A stretch of DNA of 64,000 bases from assembly GCA_040771865.1 (NCBI GenBank), contig JAXGZF010000003.1, positions 434,001-498,000 on the forward strand, written 5' to 3'. This DNA is from Desulfobacterales bacterium. Lineage in GTDB: Bacteria; Desulfobacterota; Desulfobacteria; Desulfobacterales; UBA2245. The translations under genes were made by a program, and so were the position numbers. Shown piece by piece: positions 31,796-41,043 of the stretch (position 1 is the stretch's first letter; every line of letters begins with the position of its first letter). Under the pieces are notes generated by a model. That model was not told the DNA's origin and searched no databases. It was given only the letters and a program-made list of their open reading frames with translations.

Positions 31796-31935
31796 ATTGC
31801 CCCCCTTGTGTTAAAATAAAACGAAAACCTGTAAGGTTGTTTTTAAATTAACACAAGTATATAATGAATGTCAACCTTTTTCATTTTATATATCAGTATG
31901 GGTTAAATGATCGTTTTTATTTTATTCGGTTGCCG

Positions 31936-32206
31936 TTTTCTCCCGTCGAACCCAGCTGGCCAGAGAAATCAGGGCGTCTTGTTGTCGGCGTTATTTTCTC
32001 CGGTCTGATCCGTTCGGCCGGAGAAATCAAGGCGTCTTGTTGCCGGCGTTATTTTCTCCCGCCGGATCAGTTCGGCCGGAGAAATCAAGGCGTCTTGTTG
32101 TCGATGCTATTTTCTCCGGTCTGATCCGCCCGGCCGGAGAAATCAAGGCGTCTTGTTATCGATGTTATTTTCTCCCGCCGGATCCGTTCGGCCAGGGAAA
32201 TCAAGG
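31936..32206. repeat. 58-bp tandem repeat array 1 (4 full units plus partial ends)
   Basis: Units start at 31958, 32016, 32074, 32132, 32190 (partial); consensus GGCCRGAGAAATCARGGCGTCTTGTTGYCGRYGYTATTTTCTCC(GGYCT|CGCCG)GATCYGWTY. Confidence 0.97.
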
Positions 32207-32677
32207 TGCCGTCAATTTCACGTTCGGCTTTGTTGCTTTCTGTGTGACGTGATTCAGAATCAGCTTCTTGAGAGGCTCAGGATCATCCAGGCCATAAGCA
32301 TTGGCCCCGCTTAAGAAAAGCTTGAGTTCTTTTTGAGCTTTAAATTCTTCAGCCTTTTTGAAAAACCGATCAAAAAGTGAGCCGAGTTCTTGCCTGATTT
32401 CTTCAACCCGATCGTCACAGACAAGGCTTTCCCGGTAGGTCACTATGGAAGAGCCCGAAACGCCCTTCAGATTAACGGTTGTAGCGCCTTCCCGTCTCTT
32501 GTCGGCAATTGTGATGATTTGGCCTTTTATCTCTTCGAGCTGCTTCGTAAGGCCTGATATTTTATTCTCAAGCCCCAAGCCCCTTTTGATAAGCTTTTCA
32601 AGAGCCACTTCTTCTTCCGGAAGGTCATAAATTTTTCCTTGAACCTGGGTCCTTTTAAGCTCAACTGCCTTAGCCAT
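32201..32677 (-). CDS. Phage-like hypothetical protein with N-terminal coiled coil (possibly Gam-like)
   Basis: 158-aa ORF with purine-rich RBS; family assignment tentative. Confidence 0.7.
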   Translation of the reverse strand: MAKAVELKRTQVQGKIYDLPEEEVALEKLIKRGLGLENKISGLTKQLEEIKGQIITIADKRREGATTVNLKGVSGSSIVTYRESLVCDDRVEEIRQELGSLFDRFFKKAEEFKAQKELKLFLSGANAYGLDDPEPLKKLILNHVTQKATKPNVKLTAP

Positions 32678-33215
32678 ACCTATTCCCCTTCTTGATTATT
32701 TCCCGCCAAGCCTCACCAAATCCCGCAAAATCCCATAAAAATGTCAAAAAAACGCCACCTTTTTCCTTGATTTTCAAGGCTTTTCACAGCTCACCCCCCT
32801 ATATAGAAAAAAATCGATCCCGCCGGCCGCGTCTGCACCTCACCGCATGCGAGAATGTTGCACAACCTGTCCCGCACGCTGTAAGATCACATGTTAAAAC
32901 TTTCGAATGTTTTAACCAGCAAACCATAAACAACGCTCATAACTACTTGATTTTAGAGGGTTTTAAAGCATAGCCGTTTTAGTGATGCCATGTTTTTTAA
33001 CATATTCAGGGCGATTCTGTTTTAACGGCAAATTGAACATAAATGCTTAATATCATTGAACATATTGACACATGCGAACCGACTTCATTCGTAAAATATA
33101 CTATTTTACGAAATCCTATGAAATTCAAGCCGAGACCCTTGATAAATGGGGCTTTGCAAGCATGGTTAAAACTTTTTGCCGGTTTTTTAAAACTTTGCCG
33201 CATAACATGCCGTTA

Positions 33216-34508
33216 TTACAGGTTTAACGGGTTGTGCATACCCACATGGTCTTCATAACTCTGGACGCTGTGCAAATAAATCATGGTCGTGCTTGCGTCC
33301 TGGTGGCCGGCCAGAAACTTAAGATCCACCAGTTCGATTCCGGCTTTTGCCAGCATGGTGAAAGCGGTATGCCTCAGAGCATGGGGACTGATCACCTGGT
33401 CGCCCCGGTCGATGCCCGCCTTTTTGACGTACCGATTTACGATGTTTTCAACGGTCTTGACCGTGATCGGTTTGTTCTTCCGCAAGCGGCGATAGTTGAT
33501 CACAAGCCCGCCGGTCTGGGCGTCCCAGATAAAGCCGGCGAAAAGCGGGGAAGGGGCGTCAAACCGGATTTGACTGCTGTTCATCCAATCGTCGAAAGCC
33601 TCAAGCGCTTTGCCGTTTAAAATGATATCCGTGTCGGCCCGGCGGCCGATCCGTCCCTTTCGATCCCGTATCCATAGTTTTTGCTGCCCGTTGACCCTTT
33701 CGGTTTCAACGTCCTGATATCTGAGCTTGCAGATCTCACCCGCCCTGAGCCCATAGGTAAGCATCAGCCGCAAGACGGCATAGTCCCGCTTGCCGATAAG
33801 CGTCCGGCGGTCCGGCTTCTTCAAAAGCGCCTTGGCCTCTTTTTCGCTCAGAACGGTATAATACCCCTTGTCTTTTTTCGGCGGTACAAGCGCCAGCTTC
33901 TTGAAGTCCATCGGGTTCTTGAACTTCCGGTTCTTGGCTGCCAGGAACTTTAAAAAGCCGTTGATCGCAATGAACTTGATCCAGGCGGTTGAGCTTTTCA
34001 AACCCTTCTCTTTAAGCAGGTGATCCCGGTATCTGAGAAAATCTTCCTGGTCAAGATCCTTCGGTTCCTTATCCGCCCAGTCAAAGAAGAGGGCCACATT
34101 GCCCTGATAGGTGCGTTTCGTGCTCTCGCAAACCAGGGATTCCATCCAGTGAGAAACGGCGTTTTCGAAGGATTCGGATCCGGCGTAACGGGTCGCCTGG
34201 AATGTCTGCATGTCCCCATGATTCCGGCCGATTGGAGTCTTGAAACCCTTAACCTTGGTTTCCATGAATTTGAGGAATTGGTTGAGCATCGAAAACTTGC
34301 GCTTCAGGGTTGCGGCCCGGGCGCCCTGGCCGATCTGATCCCGGTACTTCATGAAAATCTTTTGAGACAGGTCCGCCAGGTCGCCATGATAAAAATCAAA
34401 GAATTGCCGGATCTCAGACCGATAGACCTTTTGGCTTGCCTTGCCCTTGAATTTTTTCAGGTACTGGTCAAGCAGAGTTTGCCCTTCAGGGGTGTCGATA
34501 AAGCTCAT
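33216..34508 (-). CDS. Second tyrosine recombinase (XerC/D-like catalytic domain) with tandem N-terminal SAM-like domains
   Basis: RDYAVL..GLRAGE, RKG, SPHALRHT, AGH, TTMIY. Confidence 0.92.
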   Translation of the reverse strand: MSFIDTPEGQTLLDQYLKKFKGKASQKVYRSEIRQFFDFYHGDLADLSQKIFMKYRDQIGQGARAATLKRKFSMLNQFLKFMETKVKGFKTPIGRNHGDMQTFQATRYAGSESFENAVSHWMESLVCESTKRTYQGNVALFFDWADKEPKDLDQEDFLRYRDHLLKEKGLKSSTAWIKFIAINGFLKFLAAKNRKFKNPMDFKKLALVPPKKDKGYYTVLSEKEAKALLKKPDRRTLIGKRDYAVLRLMLTYGLRAGEICKLRYQDVETERVNGQQKLWIRDRKGRIGRRADTDIILNGKALEAFDDWMNSSQIRFDAPSPLFAGFIWDAQTGGLVINYRRLRKNKPITVKTVENIVNRYVKKAGIDRGDQVISPHALRHTAFTMLAKAGIELVDLKFLAGHQDASTTMIYLHSVQSYEDHVGMHNPLNL

Positions 34509-35022
34509 GATGCAAATCCTGATTCGCCTTAAAGTTGTCGCCGTGGCCTTGAACCTTGGCCTTCCTGGATCTCTTCCTGTGTTCCTGGATGTTCTTCATT
34601 GCCAGAAAGGCGTCTCTCGCGCGCTTCCGGCCCAAGGCGTTTATGCCGGAAACCTTCATGTATTTGCCCAGCCAATTTTTGAAATGTTCCTTGTCCCATC
34701 CCAGCTCTGCCGCAATCAACCGGATGCCCATGACATGACACAAAAGCGGAAGTTCGGATCCGTTCCCGGCGATTTGATCTTCAGACCTGGGCGGCGGCGG
34801 GTGGCCCCACCTCTTATCGCCTTCCAGGCCGTCAATGATAAAGGAAGCCTCCTGCTTTGACAGAGATGTTATGGAGCCGATGCCGATCAAACTCGAAACC
34901 TTCGCATATAGAAGCGCCTCGGATAGACCGATCTGAGCGGCCCGGGCATGGATTTTTTCAATCTGGCCGGGCGTGACCGGCTCAAAGATTTTCTTCGATG
35001 GCGCTGGTTTCGCTTTCTTCAT
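34486..35022 (-). CDS. Mu GemA/gp16 (DUF1018)-like protein
   Basis: TPGQIEKIHARAAQIGL...SITSLSKQEASFIIDGL and IRLIAAELGW...LGRKRARDAFLAMK resemble the two GemA halves; AGGAG RBS. Confidence 0.65.
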   Translation of the reverse strand: MKKAKPAPSKKIFEPVTPGQIEKIHARAAQIGLSEALLYAKVSSLIGIGSITSLSKQEASFIIDGLEGDKRWGHPPPPRSEDQIAGNGSELPLLCHVMGIRLIAAELGWDKEHFKNWLGKYMKVSGINALGRKRARDAFLAMKNIQEHRKRSRKAKVQGHGDNFKANQDLHHELYRHP

Positions 35023-35329
35023 GGCTTGCTCCTGTGCCGGGTCCGGATTCAATTGCCGGGCGATTTACCGAAGGCCTGAGGCCCAGAACCTCCAAAATGG
35101 AGCACCCAAACCCTCCAATAAAACCGTCGATGCCTTCGAGCAATTCGCCCAAGGGAAGATCCAAAAATGCTTCAGGGTAAAAGTTAAGCGCCCCTCGGCC
35201 TTCATACGCGCATCCTTCGCAGTTGAAGCATTCCCACTCTCCATAAGCGGCGATGTCCAGGCATGCATCATAACGATCGCAGTCCAAACACCGGCCGCCC
35301 TTGCCCCGATTTGGAATCCATTCCGCCAA
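34982..35329 (-). CDS. Cys-rich hypothetical protein (putative metal binding)
   Basis: CLDC..C..CFNCEGC; TTG start with GAGGGG RBS; in operon order. Confidence 0.55.
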   Translation of the reverse strand: MAEWIPNRGKGGRCLDCDRYDACLDIAAYGEWECFNCEGCAYEGRGALNFYPEAFLDLPLGELLEGIDGFIGGFGCSILEVLGLRPSVNRPAIESGPGTGASHEESETSAIEENL

Positions 35330-35352
35330 ACCGCGCCCCCTCTGTCATGAGT

Positions 35353-35565
35353 TTAAACCCGCATTTCTTCGGCCATAAACCTGAGCACCGCGGCGGCCGG
35401 CACACGGTAGGGCTTATGCTCGGTGGCTGGGAGTACACCGCTTTTAATCCATCTGTACACCGTGGCCCGGCTGCATCGGCGCATCCGAGCGACTTCTATC
35501 GGTTTCAGATACCTTTCATTGACCTGGATTTCCGGTTCAACCTTTTTGACCATTTGAGCCTCCAT
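35353..35565 (-). CDS. Excisionase-like HTH protein
   Basis: YLKPIEVARMRRCSRATVYRWIKSGVLPA...YRVP. Confidence 0.8.
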   Translation of the reverse strand: MEAQMVKKVEPEIQVNERYLKPIEVARMRRCSRATVYRWIKSGVLPATEHKPYRVPAAAVLRFMAEEMRV

Positions 35566-35605
35566 ACGGTTAAAAATGCTAAGGGGGTGCGTATTTCCAA
35601 AATCA

Positions 35606-35912
35606 GGGGGACTTGCCCCCCAGCAGTTGTAACATCCTGATATCGTTTACGGTTTACCTTCAACCCGCGGGGGGCAGGCCTGTTTTGGGGTTGCCCCCTG
35701 GTTTTTTTCATTGGAATATTCCGAAATAATATCGAATTGTTATAAACTTCCGGTCTGGGGGGCAATCCTGTCCGACCCTCCAGAGGCCTGCCCCCTCCCG
35801 GGGGACTTGCCCCCCACTTGCCCCCCACTTGCCCCCTAGCTTGCCCCCTCTTTTCAAATTAATATTCCAAATAAAATAAAATAGTTATAGAGAGTAGGGG
35901 GCAAGGGGGGCA
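35606..35912. promoter_or_regulatory. Putative iteron replication origin of the element
   Basis: About 11 TGCCCCC/GGGGGCA motifs; four phased copies and two inverted copies flank an AT-rich core (35851-35890); downstream of primase-helicase. Confidence 0.75.
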
Positions 35913-36532
35913 GCATTTTTGAAAAATGCGCCCCGGGTAGGTGTTTTTTGCAAAACCGCACCTTTGAAAATCAAAGATAATCGCCATAAAACGAAGCATG
36001 AGAGAGGCATTTTTCTTCTAGCACGATTTGCCCGTAATCGCCCATAATCGTCCATAATCTCCTCTAATCGGATAAATTACAAATTTGTCATTTTTGACCT
36101 TGGGGGGACCTTCGGCAAAAAGGGTGCAACCTTCTGCCAAAATGCCCTTTTTTTTGATCGACCTTCACCACAAACCGGCGTCTCAGAATCTCCATGCGCT
36201 TCAGGTTTCTCATTGGCCAATTTCTTCATACCGATCCGCCGCCGGCGTCTTGACATTATGTTGCCGTCATGATTAATCTGAATTTGAAAGCTTCGGAAAC
36301 ACGGTGAACCTCCCGGCCGTAGAACGTCGCAAGGCGGATCGCGTGTGGGTGATGGGAGCCCCACCCGGGGCTTTTACAGTTCATCCCTCAGTGCCTTTCC
36401 GATGATCGGCAGCCTGCGATCCGGCTGCGGTTCACTGGCGTTGACGGGCGACAGCAGGAAATTGCGGTATGCCTGCGGCGGGTGCCCAATCGGGTTCCTG
36501 GTATGGAGGGACAGCCGGCCTCCCGCCCGTTT

Positions 36533-39373
36533 TTATTCTTCCGGGTCCAGCGTCTTTGTAAATTCATGCAGCCTGTTTCCCCTAATTTTTTTCACCTCAT
36601 ACGCGAATTCCCATCCAGCCTGTTCGAGAGGTTTCAGCGCGTCTCTGATTCTGGCCCCCAGCTGCGAAGTATTTTTAAACGGGTTTGAAATGCCGCGGTC
36701 CTTGGCCAGAAAGTCAAATGCCATAAACAGCTCCCGCGTGCCGGCCCTGAACGTGATGCTTCGCTTATTTCCGAATTCGTCGGTTGTAACCAGCGATTCA
36801 ATCCCGTAGTTGATTTTGAAAGCGTCCCCTCTGTACAGGCATTCACGAACGAGGGCTTCGAGGCGATGGAGAATTTTGTTGGATTCCGCCTCTGTGTCCC
36901 GGGCCCGCTTCCCCTGGTTGTCAATCCAGTCTTTCAGGATGGCCAGGTCTTGACACTCCCGCTTAAATGAGTCCTTCGCATATTCCGGATGCGGCATGAA
37001 TTTAACGACTTCGCCAAGGATAATGAACAGCATGGCGTAAAGCTCATTGAGCCGTGATTTGGAATGGTCGGGGAAATCTGTCCGGATCTTCTTCAGCGCC
37101 TCGGCTTTCTTTTGATCGATGCCCGGAAGGATGCGTTCGGACGCAAGCTTGAAGATGGCGCTCCATATCAGATCCCGGGCCTCGGCCAGATCCGCTTCAA
37201 GGCTCATGGCCTCCCGGAAATCCGAATTGAAATAAATCCGGTCAAAGACGATTTCGTTTGTCCGCTCTATCAGTTCCGGCTCGGTGAAGGGTTCGATCGA
37301 AGTGACCAACAGCTGGGTGCATGATTTTTCATAGACGTTTTCGGAATCCGTTCCGCCCTTTCGCTTTTGCCGGGTGATTCCGGTTGCGGCTGTAATGAGA
37401 AAATCCCGCTTGCCGCCCCGAACGGCATCGGATTCCAGGTTGTCGGATATGGTCAACGGCGACACCGCGGCTTCGGAAAAGTCGGATGCCGCGCTCCCGG
37501 TCGTTACGCAGTCTTCCCCATAGATGATCGTTGATATCATGGCGGCGCCGGCGGTTTTGCCGGATCCCTTGTTCCCGGAAAGCTTCGCGATCCCGCGGGC
37601 CTTGGCGAATTGGATGAGAACGGTATTCACCAGGAGACAGACAAGAAAGAACCGGTCTGAATGTTCGCAGGCCAGGTTGTCGAAAAACAACCGCCTTAAC
37701 GCCTGCATGCCTTCCCGGATATCCCGGTCCGGCATGAACTTGATGGGCCTCATTTTGGGGGATGCGCGCAGGAGCACTTTTTCGGGGTTGGTTCCGTTCG
37801 GGACCAATTCAATCCTGCCTGGTGAAATCTTAAGCAGCTCGCTTTTCTCGTTGCACAGATTGAAATAAATCGTACCGGTCTTCAGGTTTGTGCAGATCCA
37901 GCCAGGCACTGAGGCATGATCTCCCTTCAGGTAGGCCTGACTTTCAATGCTCTGCCATACAAGCCTTGCTCCGTTCGATGCCGCATTGATTCCGGTCAGA
38001 TCGTACATCAGCGCCTTAAAAGCCGTGCCGTTGCCGATTTCATATATCTTGCTTTTGAAGTACAAAAAGCACTTTTCGCCATCGATAAAAAACTTGCCGC
38101 CGCCCCGAAACCACTCAAAGCAGATCCGGCCGACTTCGTCGAAGTTATATTTCCGCTCGTTCTTGTTCACATGGTCGCCGTACTCGGCCACCAGGCCCTT
38201 TAATGGGGGATAATATCGTTCGGCGCTGTCTATCAGGAATTTGAGCGCTTCCCGCGGGTTCGGTTCTTTCCGAAGGCATTCGTCTATGTCCTTTGCTTCG
38301 GGATCGCAAGGGACAATGCGAACATCCGCGGTTTCATGGCGAAGGATCTTGCCGAGAGCTTCCGGAAGGCAAAGATCTTTTAATGCCTCGCACACCTGAT
38401 TTCTGTATTTGCTTCCAGCCGGGTCGTTGTCGAAGCACAGATAAAGCATCTTGCCGGGCGCCCAGTTCTTAATGAAATCAATTTGAGCGTTTGAAATGGC
38501 CCCGCAAGCAGCCGCGACACCGGTATATGCGCCTCGGCCGTAAACGGAAAGCAGGTCGTTTTCTCCCTCAACCAGGAAAACAGCATTGCCGTTGAAGGCC
38601 GGCATATTGAAGAACAGGCAATCCGGGCCCTTAAACTCGTTTGGCAATCGGTAGTTGAACTTTTTATTGGTGTCCTTGGTTGTAAAGGAGCAAACCCGCC
38701 CTTCTCGGTTTTTATGGGGGTAGATGAAAAGCGATTTGAAGAAATAATCCTTAAGGGTGCCGCCTTCTCTCTTCACAAGCCCGGATAGAATCAACCGGTC
38801 TGCATCAAACCCCAGATTCAGGAGGTGCTCATGAAGCCGGCCGTCCGAATACCCCACCATGAAGGCGCGCAATGCTTCATCCGAATGGCGGCGGTACTTT
38901 TTTTGATGCCCGAGCGCCGCGTTGTTTTCAAGCAATGCCTTGTGATAATACTCGGCGGCCGCCCGGAATATGTCCGCATAGGCAAACCCCGCATCCGTGC
39001 CAGGGGTTTGCCTCTTATCCGCGGGCGTGTTGCTCAGTGTGTACCCGCGGGCATCGGCAAGGATCTTCAGGGCTTGCTCAGCGCTGCATCCCTGCTGTTT
39101 TTGGATAAAATTGTATATGTCTCCGGCCGCATTGCACTGAAAGCAATGGAAGAGCTGTTTCTCTGGATCGATGCGGAAACAGTCGTGGCCGCCGCAAAAT
39201 GGGCATTCCGAAAGATCCAGATCCTTGCCAACCCGCTTCAATTCAAAGCCGGTACGTCTTTTAATTTCCTCTGCAATATCGATTCTTTGTTTTAATTCGC
39301 CGAAATCGTCTTTCATTTGATTGTGCCTTTGCCGGGGGTTTGTCGCAGGATGCATTGCCGAAAATTCGGTCAT
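36533..39373 (-). CDS. Primase-helicase fusion: Zn finger, DnaG-type TOPRIM and P-loop ATPase
   Basis: CPFC..HDC..FHCFQC, LVEGENDLL, CFDND, Walker A GNKGSGKT, Walker B-like TISDN; ATGA coupling to upstream gene. Confidence 0.88.
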   Translation of the reverse strand: MTEFSAMHPATNPRQRHNQMKDDFGELKQRIDIAEEIKRRTGFELKRVGKDLDLSECPFCGGHDCFRIDPEKQLFHCFQCNAAGDIYNFIQKQQGCSAEQALKILADARGYTLSNTPADKRQTPGTDAGFAYADIFRAAAEYYHKALLENNAALGHQKKYRRHSDEALRAFMVGYSDGRLHEHLLNLGFDADRLILSGLVKREGGTLKDYFFKSLFIYPHKNREGRVCSFTTKDTNKKFNYRLPNEFKGPDCLFFNMPAFNGNAVFLVEGENDLLSVYGRGAYTGVAAACGAISNAQIDFIKNWAPGKMLYLCFDNDPAGSKYRNQVCEALKDLCLPEALGKILRHETADVRIVPCDPEAKDIDECLRKEPNPREALKFLIDSAERYYPPLKGLVAEYGDHVNKNERKYNFDEVGRICFEWFRGGGKFFIDGEKCFLYFKSKIYEIGNGTAFKALMYDLTGINAASNGARLVWQSIESQAYLKGDHASVPGWICTNLKTGTIYFNLCNEKSELLKISPGRIELVPNGTNPEKVLLRASPKMRPIKFMPDRDIREGMQALRRLFFDNLACEHSDRFFLVCLLVNTVLIQFAKARGIAKLSGNKGSGKTAGAAMISTIIYGEDCVTTGSAASDFSEAAVSPLTISDNLESDAVRGGKRDFLITAATGITRQKRKGGTDSENVYEKSCTQLLVTSIEPFTEPELIERTNEIVFDRIYFNSDFREAMSLEADLAEARDLIWSAIFKLASERILPGIDQKKAEALKKIRTDFPDHSKSRLNELYAMLFIILGEVVKFMPHPEYAKDSFKRECQDLAILKDWIDNQGKRARDTEAESNKILHRLEALVRECLYRGDAFKINYGIESLVTTDEFGNKRSITFRAGTRELFMAFDFLAKDRGISNPFKNTSQLGARIRDALKPLEQAGWEFAYEVKKIRGNRLHEFTKTLDPEE

Positions 39374-39606
39374 TTCGTAAGGCGAAGTTCTCTCAGCGTT
39401 TCGTTTACGATCCTGTCAAGCTTCTTTGTCTCTGATTCCGAGACCTCGAATGATTTGATAAATTCGTCTATGTTGTCATATTTGATCAAAACGTTGTTCT
39501 GATTCATCCGCGAATGCTTCAGACCTTTTTTGAGCCAGACTCTCATCGTTCGGTCTGAAATGCCCGCATATAGCGCCGCCGGCTTTATTTTCGCCCAACC
39601 TTCCAT
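39370..39606 (-). CDS. AlpA/excisionase-like HTH protein
   Basis: MEGWAKIKPAALYAGISDRTMRVWLKKGL...IDEFI. Confidence 0.75.
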   Translation of the reverse strand: MEGWAKIKPAALYAGISDRTMRVWLKKGLKHSRMNQNNVLIKYDNIDEFIKSFEVSESETKKLDRIVNETLRELRLTK

Positions 39607-39730
39607 ATGATCTTCCTTGAGGTTTTTGCGCTTGAGATTAAAAAAGCCGGGCCAGGGCATCAAATGTCCCTGTATTCCCGGCTGGCTGGCTAAAGCGCGC
39701 TGGCTTTCTGGCTGGCTTGCCTGTGTCCTG

Positions 39731-39904
39731 TTAGTTGAGAAGGATTCCGCCCTTCTTGGTCTTGATCAATTTCCGCATTGTTTTGGGCCTGAGTATTCCA
39801 TCTTCATCCCTTCCCCAAACCACAACGTCTTTGGGATATTTCCCGGATTCAACCAAATTGATTGTGTCCATATCAACGATCACTTTGTTTTTGCCGTCAT
39901 CCAT
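39731..39904 (-). CDS. 57-aa hypothetical protein (below the ORF-track cutoff)
   Basis: GGAGG RBS, ATG at 39904, MDDGKNKVIV...KTKKGGILLN-TAA. Confidence 0.65.
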   Translation of the reverse strand: MDDGKNKVIVDMDTINLVESGKYPKDVVVWGRDEDGILRPKTMRKLIKTKKGGILLN

Positions 39905-40029
39905 GAAATTCCTCCGTAATCCTTGACAATTTCGGGCGATTTGATATGAAACAAAAAGGCCCGGGGGTTGTCGCTCTCAAAGGGTCGTTTTGTTTTTGCG
40001 CCGCCTGCATCTGCCGAATGCAGGCGGCT

Positions 40030-40857
40030 TTACTTTTCCACATGCTCATAGAACATCAATTTGCGACGTGCCTTGTCCAACTTCAGCTTGAACCGTGCTG
40101 CCTTATAAAGTTCCGGTTTTATCGCCATAAATACTTTCAGGGCGGCATCATCTGCCCGGCCGCCATTTCTTACCGCATCGATCTGTGATAGCAACTCCAT
40201 ATTGAATTCAGCTTCAGCCCTGTCTTCTGCAGGAAGGTCTTCATCTTCGATCACGAAATGCCCAACCATAGCCTCATGAAAAAGCTGATCCCCGTTTTTG
40301 TTGAGGTATTGCCGAAAAAGCTCGGCATCGAACTTTTTATAAATAGCGGCAATTTTTTTAAGATATGCTTTGTCGATCCGTCTTTCTTCTTGTTCCGAAC
40401 AAAATAGCAGAAACTCCTTAGCCTTGGTCAGGCCCTGTTTAGGTGCAAGCGAGAGAAGCTTCTTAAAAGCATCAACGCCAGATTTGATAAACAGCCCCTT
40501 AATGCCATCCGAAAAGCAAAATGGGAGGTCGGCAAACAACTCTTTAATTTGGGTAAGCGTCAGCTTGCATTCCCACTGCATCCATCTGACGGCGCCAATA
40601 TCTTCAATTGCCCTTCTGGGATATAAAGCCTGATTGTGTTTTCCGCGAAATGGGGCAGAAAAAAGACCCTTCTTTGCCCAGTGTCTGAAAGTCCTCAATG
40701 GCACCCTGGTTTCGTCAGGCCACTTATGTTCCTTCCGATACTCTTCGAAACCCTTGAGTATGTCTTCGAGTGTGAACAGCTCATCGCCCGCATTTTGCCC
40801 GATATGAACCGCTTGTTTTTTTTGTTCGCCCATATCATCGTTCTCTTGTGGTGTCAT
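40030..40857 (-). CDS. MerR-like HTH regulator
   Basis: PLRTFRHWAKKGLF..P......ALY...LTLTQIKELF. Confidence 0.7.
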   Translation of the reverse strand: MTPQENDDMGEQKKQAVHIGQNAGDELFTLEDILKGFEEYRKEHKWPDETRVPLRTFRHWAKKGLFSAPFRGKHNQALYPRRAIEDIGAVRWMQWECKLTLTQIKELFADLPFCFSDGIKGLFIKSGVDAFKKLLSLAPKQGLTKAKEFLLFCSEQEERRIDKAYLKKIAAIYKKFDAELFRQYLNKNGDQLFHEAMVGHFVIEDEDLPAEDRAEAEFNMELLSQIDAVRNGGRADDAALKVFMAIKPELYKAARFKLKLDKARRKLMFYEHVEK

Positions 40858-40866
40858 AGTAGTGTC

Positions 40867-40895
40867 AAAGTAAATAACGACATGGTGTATGTCAA
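40867..40895 (-). promoter_or_regulatory. Sigma70 promoter of the MerR-like gene (near-leaderless)
   Basis: TTGACA-17 nt-TACTTT, ATG 9 nt downstream. Confidence 0.6.
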
Positions 40896-41043
40896 GGTAA
40901 AAATCATGATGCGCAAAAATATTGTCTCAGAATTCTCACCATGGCGAACCCTTTATAACAGCCGCCTTGGCTCCAAACAGGGTCGGCACGAAGACCCCTC
41001 GCCCGCTACGATTTCCCCTTGCCGCATCGATTAGGGCCCTATC

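Noticed and set aside
31936..32206. Integron attC (59-base element) cluster
   Set aside because: Size and palindromy are similar, but there are no paired RYYYAAC/GTTRRRY ends and no cassettes between units, and neither recombinase looks like IntI.
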